Shown piece by piece: positions 1-9,935 of a stretch of DNA of 42,780 nt. A model generated the notes under the pieces. That model was given only the letters and a program-made list of their open reading frames with translations. It was not told where the DNA came from and did not search any database. The stretch is taken from assembly GCA_948482415.1 (NCBI GenBank), contig CAOMFZ010000001.1:1-42780 (forward strand). The letters are read 5' to 3'. A program made the position numbers and the translations under genes. Position 1 is the first letter of the stretch; every line of letters starts with the position of its first letter. Origin of the DNA: an uncultured Mailhella sp. GTDB taxonomy: Bacteria; Desulfobacterota; Desulfovibrionia; Desulfovibrionales; Desulfovibrionaceae.

Positions 1-231
1 CAAAGAGGTATTTTTTTCTTTCGCCAACTGCACGGTATCTGCCTGCAAATCCTTTAAATACTGCTGAGCATACTCTTTATTCCAGAAAAATGAAGGTTCG
101 GCAGCATAGGCTTTTTCACTTTGCCCCGTGGGGTCAAGCACCATAATATGAGCAATATCTGTTTCATTGTGGATAAACTCTTCATGTAAACGAGGTATGG
201 CAACAATTTTCCGGTATTTTTCCAAACTCAT
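1..231 (-). CDS. 5' part of a protein of unknown function running off the window edge (MSLEKYRKIVAIPRLHEEF...)
   Basis: Hand translation gives 77 open codons from ATG at 231 to the window edge. An AAGGA RBS lies upstream, directly after the stop of the methyltransferase gene. Not in the ORF track. Confidence 0.75.
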   Translation of the reverse strand, partial: MSLEKYRKIVAIPRLHEEFIHNETDIAHIMVLDPTGQSEKAYAAEPSFFWNKEYAQQYLKDLQADTVQLAKEKNTSL

Positions 232-248
232 ATTTTTTCCTTTTGATG

Positions 249-1028
249 TTATAAGCATGTCGGCGCTAAAATTTCAAAAACTGCTTTGCTTTGGAATTTT
301 CCCTGTAAAACAAAGAAAACTGCTTTATTTTGCAAAGACTTATAAACAGGCTGCATGGCAACCGGCTGAATTTTTTCAGGCATAGCCTGCATAAAATCCA
401 TATAACAGGCAGTTTTGGCAACTGTCATCAGCGATGCATACTTTTTCAAAAATTTTTCCCCAAACGCGAAAAACATATTTAACACATTTTCATCACCAAA
501 TAAAGCGTTGTTTCTCAATGCAAAAACACTGTGGAGCTTGCTTTCTGCCCTATACCAGGGGGGATTGGTCACCACAAGATCAAAAATACGCGGATTTTTA
601 GCCACCCCTCCGTCTTGTTTCTGTATAAAAGGAAGCTTCTCAAGCAAGGCTGTTTCAAGGGCAAATTTCTGCACAAGCCCGACACTTTCCTTTTGCGAAA
701 TATCAGCCTGCAAAGCAAAATAATTTTGTTCGTGCTCAAAAATGCGGGCATTATATTTAGCTGCCTGACAGAGTTCTTCTTCTTTTTCTATGCCGATAAT
801 TTTCAAATAAGGATAAAATTCAGGATACAATTCCTTAAAAAACTGCAAAACAAGTATCCCGATAACCCCGCAGCCACAGCCAATATCCATAATTAGATAA
901 GGCTCAAAAGGCTTTTTCTGCGGCTTTTTCCTTTGCAGTTCCTCCACAATGAAATTGCAGGCATAGCGCGCTAAACTCAGCGCATCTGAACTGAAACGGT
1001 AACTTCCTTCCGGCTGATAAAAATCCAT
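249..1028 (-). CDS. SAM-dependent methyltransferase, tRNA1(Val) A37 N6-methyltransferase (TrmN6/YfiC)-like
   Basis: N-terminal QPEGSYRFSSDA, SAM motif DIGCGCGVIG, N6-adenine MTase motif TNPPW; GAGGA RBS. Confidence 0.8.
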   Translation of the reverse strand: MDFYQPEGSYRFSSDALSLARYACNFIVEELQRKKPQKKPFEPYLIMDIGCGCGVIGILVLQFFKELYPEFYPYLKIIGIEKEEELCQAAKYNARIFEHEQNYFALQADISQKESVGLVQKFALETALLEKLPFIQKQDGGVAKNPRIFDLVVTNPPWYRAESKLHSVFALRNNALFGDENVLNMFFAFGEKFLKKYASLMTVAKTACYMDFMQAMPEKIQPVAMQPVYKSLQNKAVFFVLQGKFQSKAVFEILAPTCL

Positions 1029-1046
1029 ATGTCCTCAAAAATAGTA

Positions 1047-1075
1047 TTGCAAAAGTATACATACCGTTTTATAGT
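1047..1075 (+). promoter_or_regulatory. putative sigma70 promoter of the endoQ-like gene
   Basis: TTGCAA-17 nt-TATAGT, 27 nt before the ATG at 1103. Confidence 0.5.
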
Positions 1076-1102
1076 ACGACAAATATTCTTTCAGGTCAAA
1101 AC

Positions 1103-2362
1103 ATGTTTAGAGCTGATTTGCACATACATTCCAGATTTTCACGGGCAACTTCAAAAAATCTCACATTGAGAAACCTTGCAAGTTTCGCCTGTATAAAAGG
1201 TATTCAGCTTCTTGGCACAGGTGACATCACCCACCCCAAATGGCTTGAAGAAATTTCAGACCAGCTTCATTATAACGAACATACCGGTTTTTATCAATTA
1301 AAAAATCCCGTTACACCCCGCGATATTTTAGAGCAAACCAATATCCATGCAGACGAAGTTCGTTTTCAGCCCCAATTTATTTTACAGGGTGAAGTCAGCT
1401 GTATTTATAAAAAAAATGGCGTCACCCGAAAAAATCACCAGATTATCTTTGTTCCCACCATTGACGCCGCTAAAAAAATCAATGCAAAACTGGCAAAAAT
1501 CGGCAATTTAACTGCTGACGGCCGCCCTGTTCTGGGGCTTGATGCAAAAATTTTATTGGAAATTATCCTCTCAGCAGCGCAACATTCCGAACTGCAAAAC
1601 TATCTTATTCCTGCCCATATCTGGACACCGTGGTTTTCTGTTTTTGGTTCCAAATCCGGTTTTAACAGCCTTGAAGAATGTTTTGAGGATTTAACCCCGG
1701 AAATTTTTGCCTTGGAGACAGGACTTTCTTCTGACCCGCCCATGAACAGACTTTGGTCTCATCTTGACAGCTGCACGCTTATTTCCAATTCTGACGCCCA
1801 TTCAGGTGAAAATCTCGGACGGGAAGTCAATATTTTTCATGCCGCCCCCACCTATCAAAGCCTGTTTGGCGCTTTCAAAAAGAAAAATAATTTATTTTAC
1901 GGCACGGTGGAATTTTATCCGGAAGAGGGTAAATATTTTGCTGACGGGCACAGAAACTGCAATATTTATTTTCTCCCGGAAGAAAGTAAAAGACATCACA
2001 ATATCTGCCCTGTCTGCGGCAAGCCCCTGACCATTGGCGTTCTAAACAGAGTAAAAGAACTGGCAGACAGAGAAACTCCGCTTCTCACTAAGCAGCAGTT
2101 TGAATCCTGCATTCCTCTTAAGGAAATTCTGTCCGAGCTGCTGCAGCGTGGTGTGAAAAGCAAACAAATTCATGCCCACTATGAAAAATTAATTAATTTA
2201 TTGGGTTCAGAACTGGATATTTTGCAAAATGTGCCGATACAGCAAATAGCAGAAATTAATGTTCCTCTTGCAAAGGCTGTCCATGCCACGCGGGCAAAAA
2301 GTGTCCAAAAAATTTACGGATACGACGGAGAATATGGAAAAATAAAATTTGTAATCTCTTGA
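1103..2362 (+). CDS. Endonuclease Q family (PHP domain + Zn ribbon) DNA repair endonuclease
   Basis: DLHIHSRFSRATS, PAHIWTPW, ETGLSSD, NSDAHS, EEGKY..DGHR.C, CPVCGKPLTIGV and GYDGEYG motifs. Confidence 0.88.
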   Translation: MFRADLHIHSRFSRATSKNLTLRNLASFACIKGIQLLGTGDITHPKWLEEISDQLHYNEHTGFYQLKNPVTPRDILEQTNIHADEVRFQPQFILQGEVSCIYKKNGVTRKNHQIIFVPTIDAAKKINAKLAKIGNLTADGRPVLGLDAKILLEIILSAAQHSELQNYLIPAHIWTPWFSVFGSKSGFNSLEECFEDLTPEIFALETGLSSDPPMNRLWSHLDSCTLISNSDAHSGENLGREVNIFHAAPTYQSLFGAFKKKNNLFYGTVEFYPEEGKYFADGHRNCNIYFLPEESKRHHNICPVCGKPLTIGVLNRVKELADRETPLLTKQQFESCIPLKEILSELLQRGVKSKQIHAHYEKLINLLGSELDILQNVPIQQIAEINVPLAKAVHATRAKSVQKIYGYDGEYGKIKFVIS

Positions 2363-2393
2363 CTTTTCTTGAGAGTTAAATAATATTTGAAGT

Positions 2394-3227
2394 ATGGCAA
2401 CTACATCTTTTAATAAAATGGTCGCTTCCATCTCTGAGCAAAGCATGAAAAATATTCATAATATGCTCAGCTTTGCACAAGCCCATAAGACACAGATTTT
2501 TGTTGATATTATCAGCGAAGGGAAGACTATACACCAGGTTCGCGCCTATTGTATTGACCATAATAAATCCATTGTCCGCCTTTTTATCCAAATAAAACAT
2601 GAAATAAAACTTCCGCAGAATGCCGAAGCTTCTTTGCTTTTCTATACAGAAAAAGAGGGAAAACAAGTTCCCTGCAATTTCATCAGTGCCATAAAAAACA
2701 ATTTCGTTCACAATGGTTTATTCTTTATTGATGTTGCCGTTCCTCATTATATTGGACATTCACAGCGCCGTACCTGTGTGCGTATTCCTATTACCAAACG
2801 TGAAATTCCAAACCTCAAAATTTGGGCAGAAAGCCAATCTGACAGCGGTGATCAAATGCAATGGACTGCCATTCAAGATGAAAATTTTGACATCGTGGAT
2901 ATTTCAACAGGCGGTATGCTCTTTTTAATCAGCACCGAAACACCTATTGCAAAGCAGCTCAAAGAGGGCTCTAAAATTTTGCTCACGGCAATTTTTCCTT
3001 ATGCCAACAAATCTCCGCTGTGCCTTTCAATTTTATCTACTGTCAGACGATATACCCAAAATACCCAAAATCCTGACTGGTTCTCCATGGGAATACGATT
3101 TATCCGCTGGGCATATCTGGAAAATTACAGCACTTGGAACAGTATTCCTGATGATAACGGTATTCCGCCCTTATCCAACTGGGTTTTCCAAGTCATGGCA
3201 AACAGAAAGCGCGGTCAGGAAGCTTAA
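2394..3227 (+). CDS. PilZ-domain c-di-GMP effector (YcgR/flagellar-brake-like architecture)
   Basis: QRRTCVR (RxxxR) and DISTGG (DxSxxG) PilZ motifs after an N-terminal beta-rich domain. Confidence 0.8.
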   Translation: MATTSFNKMVASISEQSMKNIHNMLSFAQAHKTQIFVDIISEGKTIHQVRAYCIDHNKSIVRLFIQIKHEIKLPQNAEASLLFYTEKEGKQVPCNFISAIKNNFVHNGLFFIDVAVPHYIGHSQRRTCVRIPITKREIPNLKIWAESQSDSGDQMQWTAIQDENFDIVDISTGGMLFLISTETPIAKQLKEGSKILLTAIFPYANKSPLCLSILSTVRRYTQNTQNPDWFSMGIRFIRWAYLENYSTWNSIPDDNGIPPLSNWVFQVMANRKRGQEA

Positions 3228-3412
3228 TTAAAAAACTATTTTTCACAGCATATTTTTTTTCAATATCTCCCTTTACTTTGTCATCTCCTTTTACTCCGTC
3301 TTTAACTTTCTTTATTTTTTCTTTTTCTTTGCTTTTTTGTCTGCATTTTTTTTCTTGATTTTTCACCTGCTTTTTTCTACTCTTTCTTTTTTCAAATAAA
3401 CAAGAGGGTTAT

Positions 3413-4093
3413 ATGCTCGGAACACTGGCAAATGTCGGCGGAATTATTGCCGGTTCACTTATTGGAGGAACTGTCAAAAAAGCCTTGCCTGAAAAAATCC
3501 AGGATTGTCTTTTTGTTGCCATGGGCTTAGCTGCCCTTTTTATTGGGATTAATGCTGTTGTGCACAATATGCCCAAAACGCACTATCCTGTTCTTTTTAT
3601 TGTCAGTCTTGCCCTTGGTTCTGCTCTCGGCACCTGGTTAAATATCGATGACAATTTTCACAGGCTTGCCGCACGATCAGGACACGGGCATTTAGGCAAA
3701 GGACTTTCCACAGCCATTCTGATTTTCTGCATTGGCACCCTTTCTATTTTAGGTCCTGTCGAAAGTGCGCTCAATGGCAACAATACTTTTCTGTATACAA
3801 ATGCCACCCTTGATTTTATTACATCCATTGTGCTTTCCTCTGCCTATGGCTATGGCATTATGCTGGCTGCTGTCGTACTTTTTCTCTGGCAAGGTTCCCT
3901 CTATGTCGGGGCACTCAGCCTTTCCGGATTTTTGCAGGGAGATTTATTGAATGAGCTTTCCCTTGTAGGCGGCATTCTCATTGCGGCTTCCGGACTGAGC
4001 ATTTTGCAGATAAAGGACTGCAAAACCCTTAATCTTTTGCCCTCATTGCTTGTCCCTGTGTTCTTTTTCCTTATAACCAAATATATTCTTTAA
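3413..4093 (+). CDS. DUF554 family membrane protein
   Basis: MLGTLAN start, FCIGTLSILGP and LDFITS motifs, multiple hydrophobic segments. Confidence 0.85.
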   Translation: MLGTLANVGGIIAGSLIGGTVKKALPEKIQDCLFVAMGLAALFIGINAVVHNMPKTHYPVLFIVSLALGSALGTWLNIDDNFHRLAARSGHGHLGKGLSTAILIFCIGTLSILGPVESALNGNNTFLYTNATLDFITSIVLSSAYGYGIMLAAVVLFLWQGSLYVGALSLSGFLQGDLLNELSLVGGILIAASGLSILQIKDCKTLNLLPSLLVPVFFFLITKYIL

Positions 4094-4098
4094 TACAT

Positions 4099-5262
4099 AT
4101 GAACGATAAAAACCTTTTTCTTTTAGAGAGTTACGATTATTTTTTACCCGAAGAGCGCATTGCCCAGTGTCCTGCCGAAAAGCGCCAAAATTCCCGCCTG
4201 CTTTTTCTTGAACGAAAATCCGGCAAATACACGGATTATACCTTTGAAAATATTGTTAATCTCATTCCGAAAAATGCCCTGATTATTGCCAATAATTCCA
4301 AAGTAATACCTGCCCGTATCCAGGGACACAGACAAAGCGGAAGCAAAATAGAAATGCTTTTTTTAGAACCTGCCCCGCTTATTGATAAAAAAGCCCAAAA
4401 AAATGGTGAAAACTGCCTTGCCCGCACCGAAGTGCTGCTTAAAGGCGCCAAACGTGTCAAAATGGGCGAAACCCTGCAATTTCCTGAAATGGACATCACT
4501 GTTTTGGAACGCCGCGACTTTGGCAGGCATATTGTGGACGCAGCCTATAAGAACAGCCTTATTCCTTTGCTTAAAAAATACGGCGAACTGCCGCTGCCCC
4601 CTTATATCAAAAGGGAACATGGCGTGCAGGAAAACGATATTGCCCGCTATCAAACGGTTTATGCAAAGGAAAATCATATTGGCTCCATTGCCGCCCCTAC
4701 TGCCGGCTTGCATTTCACTCCGGAAATCCAGCAAAAATTGCAGGCAAAAGGCTGCAGATGGGAAGAAGTGACGCTGCACGTTGGATACGGAACGTTCAGC
4801 CCTGTGCGTGAAGACGATATCCGCAGTCATGCCATGCATTCTGAATATGTGGAAATTCCTGCCCAAACAGCCGCAGCCATCAACAAAGCAAAGGCTGAAA
4901 ACCGTCCTGTTATTGCTGTCGGCACCACCAGCACGCGCAGTCTTGAGGGCATGGCACAGGCTTTTTTACAAGCGAAAAGTGAGCCTTCAGCAATATTTTT
5001 CTGCAATGAAGAAAGCGACTTACAGGAAAATACACCCTTTCCTGCCCATGGCTGTTTTGGCTACACCAATATTTTTATTTATCCGGGAAAGCCATTTCAT
5101 ATTGTAAACGGTCTGATTACCAATTTCCATTTGCCAAAATCTTCGCTGATTATGCTGGTGGCTGCATTTGCCGGCTATGATAACATCATGCAGGCCTATA
5201 GGCATGCAGTAGAAAGTGAATACCGTTTCTTTTCCTATGGCGACGCCATGTTTATTCTGTAA
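4099..5262 (+). CDS. queA: tRNA preQ1(34) S-adenosylmethionine ribosyltransferase-isomerase
   Basis: YDYFLPEERIAQ, PLPPYI, AAPTAGLHFT, LHVGYGTF, TNFHLPKS, YRFFSYGDAM. Confidence 0.97.
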   Translation: MNDKNLFLLESYDYFLPEERIAQCPAEKRQNSRLLFLERKSGKYTDYTFENIVNLIPKNALIIANNSKVIPARIQGHRQSGSKIEMLFLEPAPLIDKKAQKNGENCLARTEVLLKGAKRVKMGETLQFPEMDITVLERRDFGRHIVDAAYKNSLIPLLKKYGELPLPPYIKREHGVQENDIARYQTVYAKENHIGSIAAPTAGLHFTPEIQQKLQAKGCRWEEVTLHVGYGTFSPVREDDIRSHAMHSEYVEIPAQTAAAINKAKAENRPVIAVGTTSTRSLEGMAQAFLQAKSEPSAIFFCNEESDLQENTPFPAHGCFGYTNIFIYPGKPFHIVNGLITNFHLPKSSLIMLVAAFAGYDNIMQAYRHAVESEYRFFSYGDAMFIL

Positions 5263-5287
5263 TTTTCTTAATGAGAATAATTCCTAC

Positions 5288-5316
5288 TTGCGTATAAATT
5301 CATTTTATTATATAGT
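5288..5316 (+). promoter_or_regulatory. putative sigma70 promoter of the ccm operon
   Basis: TTGCGT-17 nt-TATAGT upstream of ccmE. Confidence 0.55.
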
Positions 5317-5382
5317 AATTAAACATCTTGGTACAAGATGAATAATCACGAAAAAACGCATAAAAATATAAAAAGGGTTCAT

Positions 5383-5799
5383 ATGACAAAAAAATCATTC
5401 CCGGTTTTTAAAATTGCTTTTCTCCTCTTTGCTGTGGGTATTGGATATATGGTTTATTCCGGTGTTTCCGCAAACAGTGTCTATTTTCTCAATGTTTCCG
5501 AAGCATTAGCTCAAGAAAAAGCGCAAACGCCCCTTTCTGCCAGAATTTTCGGCACTGTTGCCAACAACAGCATTGAACGCCCTCAGGACGGCTTGGGTGC
5601 AAGCTTTATTCTTGAAGATTACGAAAATAAAGCCCAAACTATTCAGGTTAATTATAAAGGTGTTGTGCCTGATACCTTTACTAACGGCTCTGAAGTCATT
5701 ATTGAAGGTTCCATGCAGGACGCTGTTTTTACAGCAAAAACACTTATGACCAAATGCCCCTCCAAATACCAGAAAGAAAACAGAGAAAAAAACGCTTAA
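5383..5799 (+). CDS. ccmE: cytochrome c maturation heme chaperone CcmE (CxxxY type)
   Basis: N-terminal TM, YKGVVPDTF, EVIIEG, TKCPSKY. Start placed at ATG 5383 after an AAGGG RBS. Confidence 0.93.
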   Translation: MTKKSFPVFKIAFLLFAVGIGYMVYSGVSANSVYFLNVSEALAQEKAQTPLSARIFGTVANNSIERPQDGLGASFILEDYENKAQTIQVNYKGVVPDTFTNGSEVIIEGSMQDAVFTAKTLMTKCPSKYQKENREKNA

Positions 5800-5827
5800 C
5801 GCGTATTTAACGGATTGTACACAGATT

Positions 5828-7756
5828 ATGACACCATTAGCCAATGTTCTTATGATGCTTTCCCTTGCCCTTGCCGCAGCGGGATCGCTTTATTGTATTG
5901 TTCAGCTTGCCAGAGAAAAAACCTATAATATCGGGCTGTTGGAAAACATTAATACCATTATCACCCTTTGTTATGTGATTGCGTCCTGCATACTCTTTTT
6001 CGGTTTTTGGAGCTATGATTTCAGTATAAAATATGTCCATGACTACAGCGACCTTTCTCTGCCGCTTTTTTACCGCCTGACTGCTTTTTGGGGCGGACAG
6101 GCAGGCTCTCTGCTTTTTTGGGCTTTATGCCTTGTTTTGTGCGGTGCATACTTCCAAAGTACAGAAGCCTACAAAAGTCTGAGCCTTGAAACAAGAATAT
6201 GGTATTTACTCTTTTATTTCAGTATAATAGCCTTTTTTGGCGTTCTTTTAACAACACATAATAATCCTTTTGAAGTACTAAGTCCTGCCCCTGCCAACGG
6301 ACGGGGATTAAATCCGCTTTTACAAAACCCCGGCATGATTTTTCACCCCCCGCTTTTGCTTTTGGGCTATGGCGGTTTTACTATTCCTGCCTGTCTTGCC
6401 CTTGCGCAAGCACTTTCACAAAGCGGCAGAAAAGATGAAGCACTTTCAGAATATGCAGAAACAGCATGGCATATATGTACAAAACCCCTTATTTTGATTG
6501 CATGGCTGCTCCTTACCGCCGGCATTGTGCTGGGTGCGTGGTGGGCATATATGGAACTGGGCTGGGGCGGTTACTGGGCATGGGACCCTGTGGAAAACGC
6601 ATCCACAATACCCTGGTTCTTCGGCACAGCTGCGCTGCACTTTGGTTTTATTGAGCAATACAGAAAAAAAGCACACCGTCTCCATACCCTGTTTATGGCT
6701 CTGACCTGCATTTCCGCATTTTTCGCCACATGGCTTGTACGCGGCAATGTGGTTGATTCTGTCCATGCTTTCGGCTCCGGCGGCGTAGGTCCCATGCTTT
6801 TATGGTTTGTCATTATTTCAGCCATAATTATTTTTGCTGTTATTCTCCAAATGCAAAACAGAGGCTCAGCATTTAACGGACTTGAAACCAGAGAAGGCTT
6901 TTTGCTTTCTGCCTGTGTGGTGCTCATTACTATCAGCATAATTATTGGATTTGCAACGCTCTGGCCTGTCATCAGTAAATTGTGGTCCAATAATCCTGTA
7001 GGTTTGCAGGCGAATTTTTATAACAGCATTATTCTTCCTCTGCTCACGGTTATTCTTGCCCTTGCAGCCTTTGCGCCCTGGATTTCATGGCAGCAAAAAT
7101 TCAGCAATACCAAATATTTTCTTGTGGTACTGGTAACGTTTATTGTCTTCATGGGCGTTTTCTGGCTGTTCTTTGCGGTAAAAAATCCGACAGCGCTCAT
7201 TGCTGCAAGCCTGTCCATTGCCTGCATGGTGAGCTGGGCACTGTATTTTGCAGAACTTAAGTACGCTGTGTATAAACTTTCTCCGGTTCTTGTGCATGTC
7301 AGTTTTGCAATTATGGCACTGGGCGTTGCATTTTCCGGTCCTTATAAAATCGAGCAGGAAGTTGCTCTTGAAAAAGGTCAGGAACTGCAAATAGATACTT
7401 TTACCGTAAAACTCAATGAACTTTATGAAGGACGTGAACAAAGCGGACGATACGAATTTTTGGAAGCAGAACTTCTGGTCATGCAGGACGGCAAAGAAGT
7501 GGGCATAACCCAGGCACAGCGCCGTATTTATGCAAGTTTCCCGCAAAATGCCTATGCTGAAGCAAGCACGATTTTCTCCCTTGGCAAAGAATTTTATGCC
7601 ACTTTTCTGGGACTTGATGAAAAAACACGCGCTGTCATGCGTTTATCAGTCCACCCGCTTGTTAACTGGCTGTGGATTGGCGGAACAGTTATGAGTCTTG
7701 CACCTTTTATTACGGTGTACGCTTTCAGACGGCGCAAAAAAACAGCACCGAAATAA
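5828..7756 (+). CDS. ccmF: cytochrome c heme lyase subunit CcmF
   Basis: GLNPLLQNPGMIFHPP, WAYMELGWGGYWAWDPVEN (WWD motif), SVHAF. Confidence 0.96.
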   Translation: MTPLANVLMMLSLALAAAGSLYCIVQLAREKTYNIGLLENINTIITLCYVIASCILFFGFWSYDFSIKYVHDYSDLSLPLFYRLTAFWGGQAGSLLFWALCLVLCGAYFQSTEAYKSLSLETRIWYLLFYFSIIAFFGVLLTTHNNPFEVLSPAPANGRGLNPLLQNPGMIFHPPLLLLGYGGFTIPACLALAQALSQSGRKDEALSEYAETAWHICTKPLILIAWLLLTAGIVLGAWWAYMELGWGGYWAWDPVENASTIPWFFGTAALHFGFIEQYRKKAHRLHTLFMALTCISAFFATWLVRGNVVDSVHAFGSGGVGPMLLWFVIISAIIIFAVILQMQNRGSAFNGLETREGFLLSACVVLITISIIIGFATLWPVISKLWSNNPVGLQANFYNSIILPLLTVILALAAFAPWISWQQKFSNTKYFLVVLVTFIVFMGVFWLFFAVKNPTALIAASLSIACMVSWALYFAELKYAVYKLSPVLVHVSFAIMALGVAFSGPYKIEQEVALEKGQELQIDTFTVKLNELYEGREQSGRYEFLEAELLVMQDGKEVGITQAQRRIYASFPQNAYAEASTIFSLGKEFYATFLGLDEKTRAVMRLSVHPLVNWLWIGGTVMSLAPFITVYAFRRRKKTAPK

Positions 7757-7758
7757 TC

Positions 7759-8400
7759 ATGGACACACCTGTACTAACCTTTGAAAATATCAGCAAAATG
7801 TATGACTTACGTTTACTTTACAAAAACGTAAGTCTTTGCTTATATCCTGCTCAAACAATACTGATTACAGGAAAAAACGGTTCCGGTAAATCTACGCTTT
7901 TAAAAATGGCGGCAGAACTGACGAAGCCCAGCCACGGGAAAATTTCCTGCGCGGCAGAAAAAGAAGAAATAGGGTATTTAGGGCACCAAACTTTTATTTA
8001 TCCCCATTTATCCGCCTATGAAAATTTATATTTTTGGGCAAAGGCATTTCAGAAAAATATTTCCGAACAAGCTGTTTTAACTGTGCTCAAAAAAGTTTTC
8101 TTAGATAAATTCAGCCATGACCGGGCAGGAATTTTTTCACGCGGTATGGCACAGCGTCTGAATATTGCCCGAATTATTTTGCAGGAGCCGCGTCTTTTGC
8201 TTTTGGACGAGCCGGGGACAGGACTTGACAAAGAATCTCAGGAACTTTTTTACAGTGTTATTCAGGAATTTCAGGCGCAAAACGCCTGCATTTTATGGGT
8301 GAGCCATAATCCGCAGAAGGATATGGAATTTGCAACCCATATTCTCCATATTGAAAAACAGCAAATAACACTGACAAAATTGCAGGGAGAAACAGCATGA
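7759..8400 (+). CDS. ccmA: heme exporter ABC ATPase CcmA
   Basis: Walker A GKNGSGKST, FSRGM signature, LLLLDEP. Start at ATG 7759 just after the ccmF stop. Confidence 0.92.
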   Translation: MDTPVLTFENISKMYDLRLLYKNVSLCLYPAQTILITGKNGSGKSTLLKMAAELTKPSHGKISCAAEKEEIGYLGHQTFIYPHLSAYENLYFWAKAFQKNISEQAVLTVLKKVFLDKFSHDRAGIFSRGMAQRLNIARIILQEPRLLLLDEPGTGLDKESQELFYSVIQEFQAQNACILWVSHNPQKDMEFATHILHIEKQQITLTKLQGETA

Positions 8401-9086
8401 TAAAAACAGCTTTTCTTCTGGCAAAAAAAGATTTAACCATTATTTTAGGCAGAAGCGCAGGCTTATGCCAAGCCCTTTTGTTGGGTTTACTGCTTATTTT
8501 TCTGTTCAGCCTTTCCCAGCAGGCAGGTGAAGTGCTTTCTCCCCATTCTGCTGCCGCCATGTTTTGGCTTGCTTCCATATTTTGTCAGGTGCTGATTTTT
8601 CAAATGCTTTACGCCCTCGAAGAACAAAACGGAGCTAAAGCAGGTTTGCAGCTTTTGCCCTGCCCTGTCCAGACAATTTGGCTCGGTAAATTTTTAGCAG
8701 GCATTCTCCTTCTTTTCGCTTCCCAGCTTCTTTTTATTCCTGCCGTTTTTGTATTCTTATCCCAACACTTGGGAGAATATTTCCTATACTCTCTCTTAGG
8801 AATTTTCCTGACAGACATCGGCATATGCGCCTGCGGAAGTTTGCTTGGCGCTTTATGTGCAGGGCAATCCGGCAAAGAATCACTGCTCAGCATTATCCTT
8901 TTTCCTTTGTTGATTCCGCTTTTATTATCTGCTATTTCTTTATGTTCAGTCGGACTGCTCGATCTGCAGCATTCCTTTGCAGATACTGCCCAAATCTTCC
9001 AGTGGCTTGGCATTGCCCTTGCCTTTGACTGTATTTTCAGTGCAGTGAGCTTAATCCTTTTCCCCTATCTCTATCATGGTGAATAA
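8397..9086 (+). CDS. ccmB: heme exporter permease CcmB
   Basis: AKKDL start, WLGK, ESLLSIILFPLLIP, about 6 TMs; position between ccmA and ccmC. Confidence 0.9.
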   Translation: MIKTAFLLAKKDLTIILGRSAGLCQALLLGLLLIFLFSLSQQAGEVLSPHSAAAMFWLASIFCQVLIFQMLYALEEQNGAKAGLQLLPCPVQTIWLGKFLAGILLLFASQLLFIPAVFVFLSQHLGEYFLYSLLGIFLTDIGICACGSLLGALCAGQSGKESLLSIILFPLLIPLLLSAISLCSVGLLDLQHSFADTAQIFQWLGIALAFDCIFSAVSLILFPYLYHGE

Positions 9087-9087
9087 A

Positions 9088-9777
9088 ATGAAAAAATTCT
9101 TTTCCCTTTGCCTTGCCGCAGGTGTTATACTTTCCGCCGTTATTTCACAATACCTTATCTATTTCTATGCCCCCATGGAACAAACCCTTGGGCTGGCTCA
9201 AAAAATATTTTATTATCATCTGCCTGTGGCATGGTGGGCATTTGTCAGCTTTTTCTTTGCGGCGTTGTTCGGTGGCTTCTATCTTTTCAAAAAAGAACAG
9301 TGCTTCAATATCTTGAGCCATGCCAATGCCGAAGTCGGCTTTTTGCTCGCAACCCTGACCCTGATTACCGGCAGTCTTTGGGGCAAACACTCCTGGGGCG
9401 TATGGTGGACATGGGACCCAAAATTGACCACTGCCCTTATTTTATGGTTTATTTTTGCGTCCTATCTTATTGTCAGAAGCATGCCCATGCCTAAGGAACA
9501 AAAAAATAATATCTGCGCCGTCATTGCCATTATTGGTTTTTTAGATGTACCGCTTGTCTTTTTAGCCACACGGCTTTGGCGCTCTATTCATCCTGCTGTC
9601 TTTCATTCCGGCGGCACGGGACTTGAACCGGAAATGGTGCACACCATTGTTTTTTGCGTGCTTTCTTTTGTTTTCTTATGGTTTTGGCTGGTAAACTACA
9701 GACGGCGGCAATTATTGCAGGAATTAAAACTTGAAACAATAAAAACAAAACTTCTTTATGCAGAAGAACAGGAATAA
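9088..9777 (+). CDS. ccmC: heme exporter/chaperone CcmC
   Basis: KIFYYHLP, WGKHSWGVWWTWDPKLT (WWD), WRSIHP. Start could be 9076 or 9088. Confidence 0.95.
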   Translation: MKKFFSLCLAAGVILSAVISQYLIYFYAPMEQTLGLAQKIFYYHLPVAWWAFVSFFFAALFGGFYLFKKEQCFNILSHANAEVGFLLATLTLITGSLWGKHSWGVWWTWDPKLTTALILWFIFASYLIVRSMPMPKEQKNNICAVIAIIGFLDVPLVFLATRLWRSIHPAVFHSGGTGLEPEMVHTIVFCVLSFVFLWFWLVNYRRRQLLQELKLETIKTKLLYAEEQE

Positions 9778-9786
9778 GGATTTTTT

Positions 9787-9924
9787 ATGAGTGCTCTCTA
9801 TTCATTGGTTTGTGCAAATATTGCAATTTGGCTTGGCTTTGCCCTGTATTTTTTTCTTCTTTCCCAAAAACAGCATAAAATTGAAAAACAAATACAAATA
9901 CTTTCAGAACAGTTTGACAAATAA
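9787..9924 (+). CDS. ccmD: CcmD family small membrane protein, 45 aa (MSALYSLVCANIAIWLGFALYFFLLSQKQHKIEKQIQILSEQFDK)
   Basis: Hand translation. AAGGA RBS overlaps the ccmC stop; one TM plus a charged helix; fills the ccmC-TPR gap. Below the ORF-track length cutoff. Confidence 0.85.
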   Translation: MSALYSLVCANIAIWLGFALYFFLLSQKQHKIEKQIQILSEQFDK

Positions 9925-9935
9925 TCGGAGTTCCC

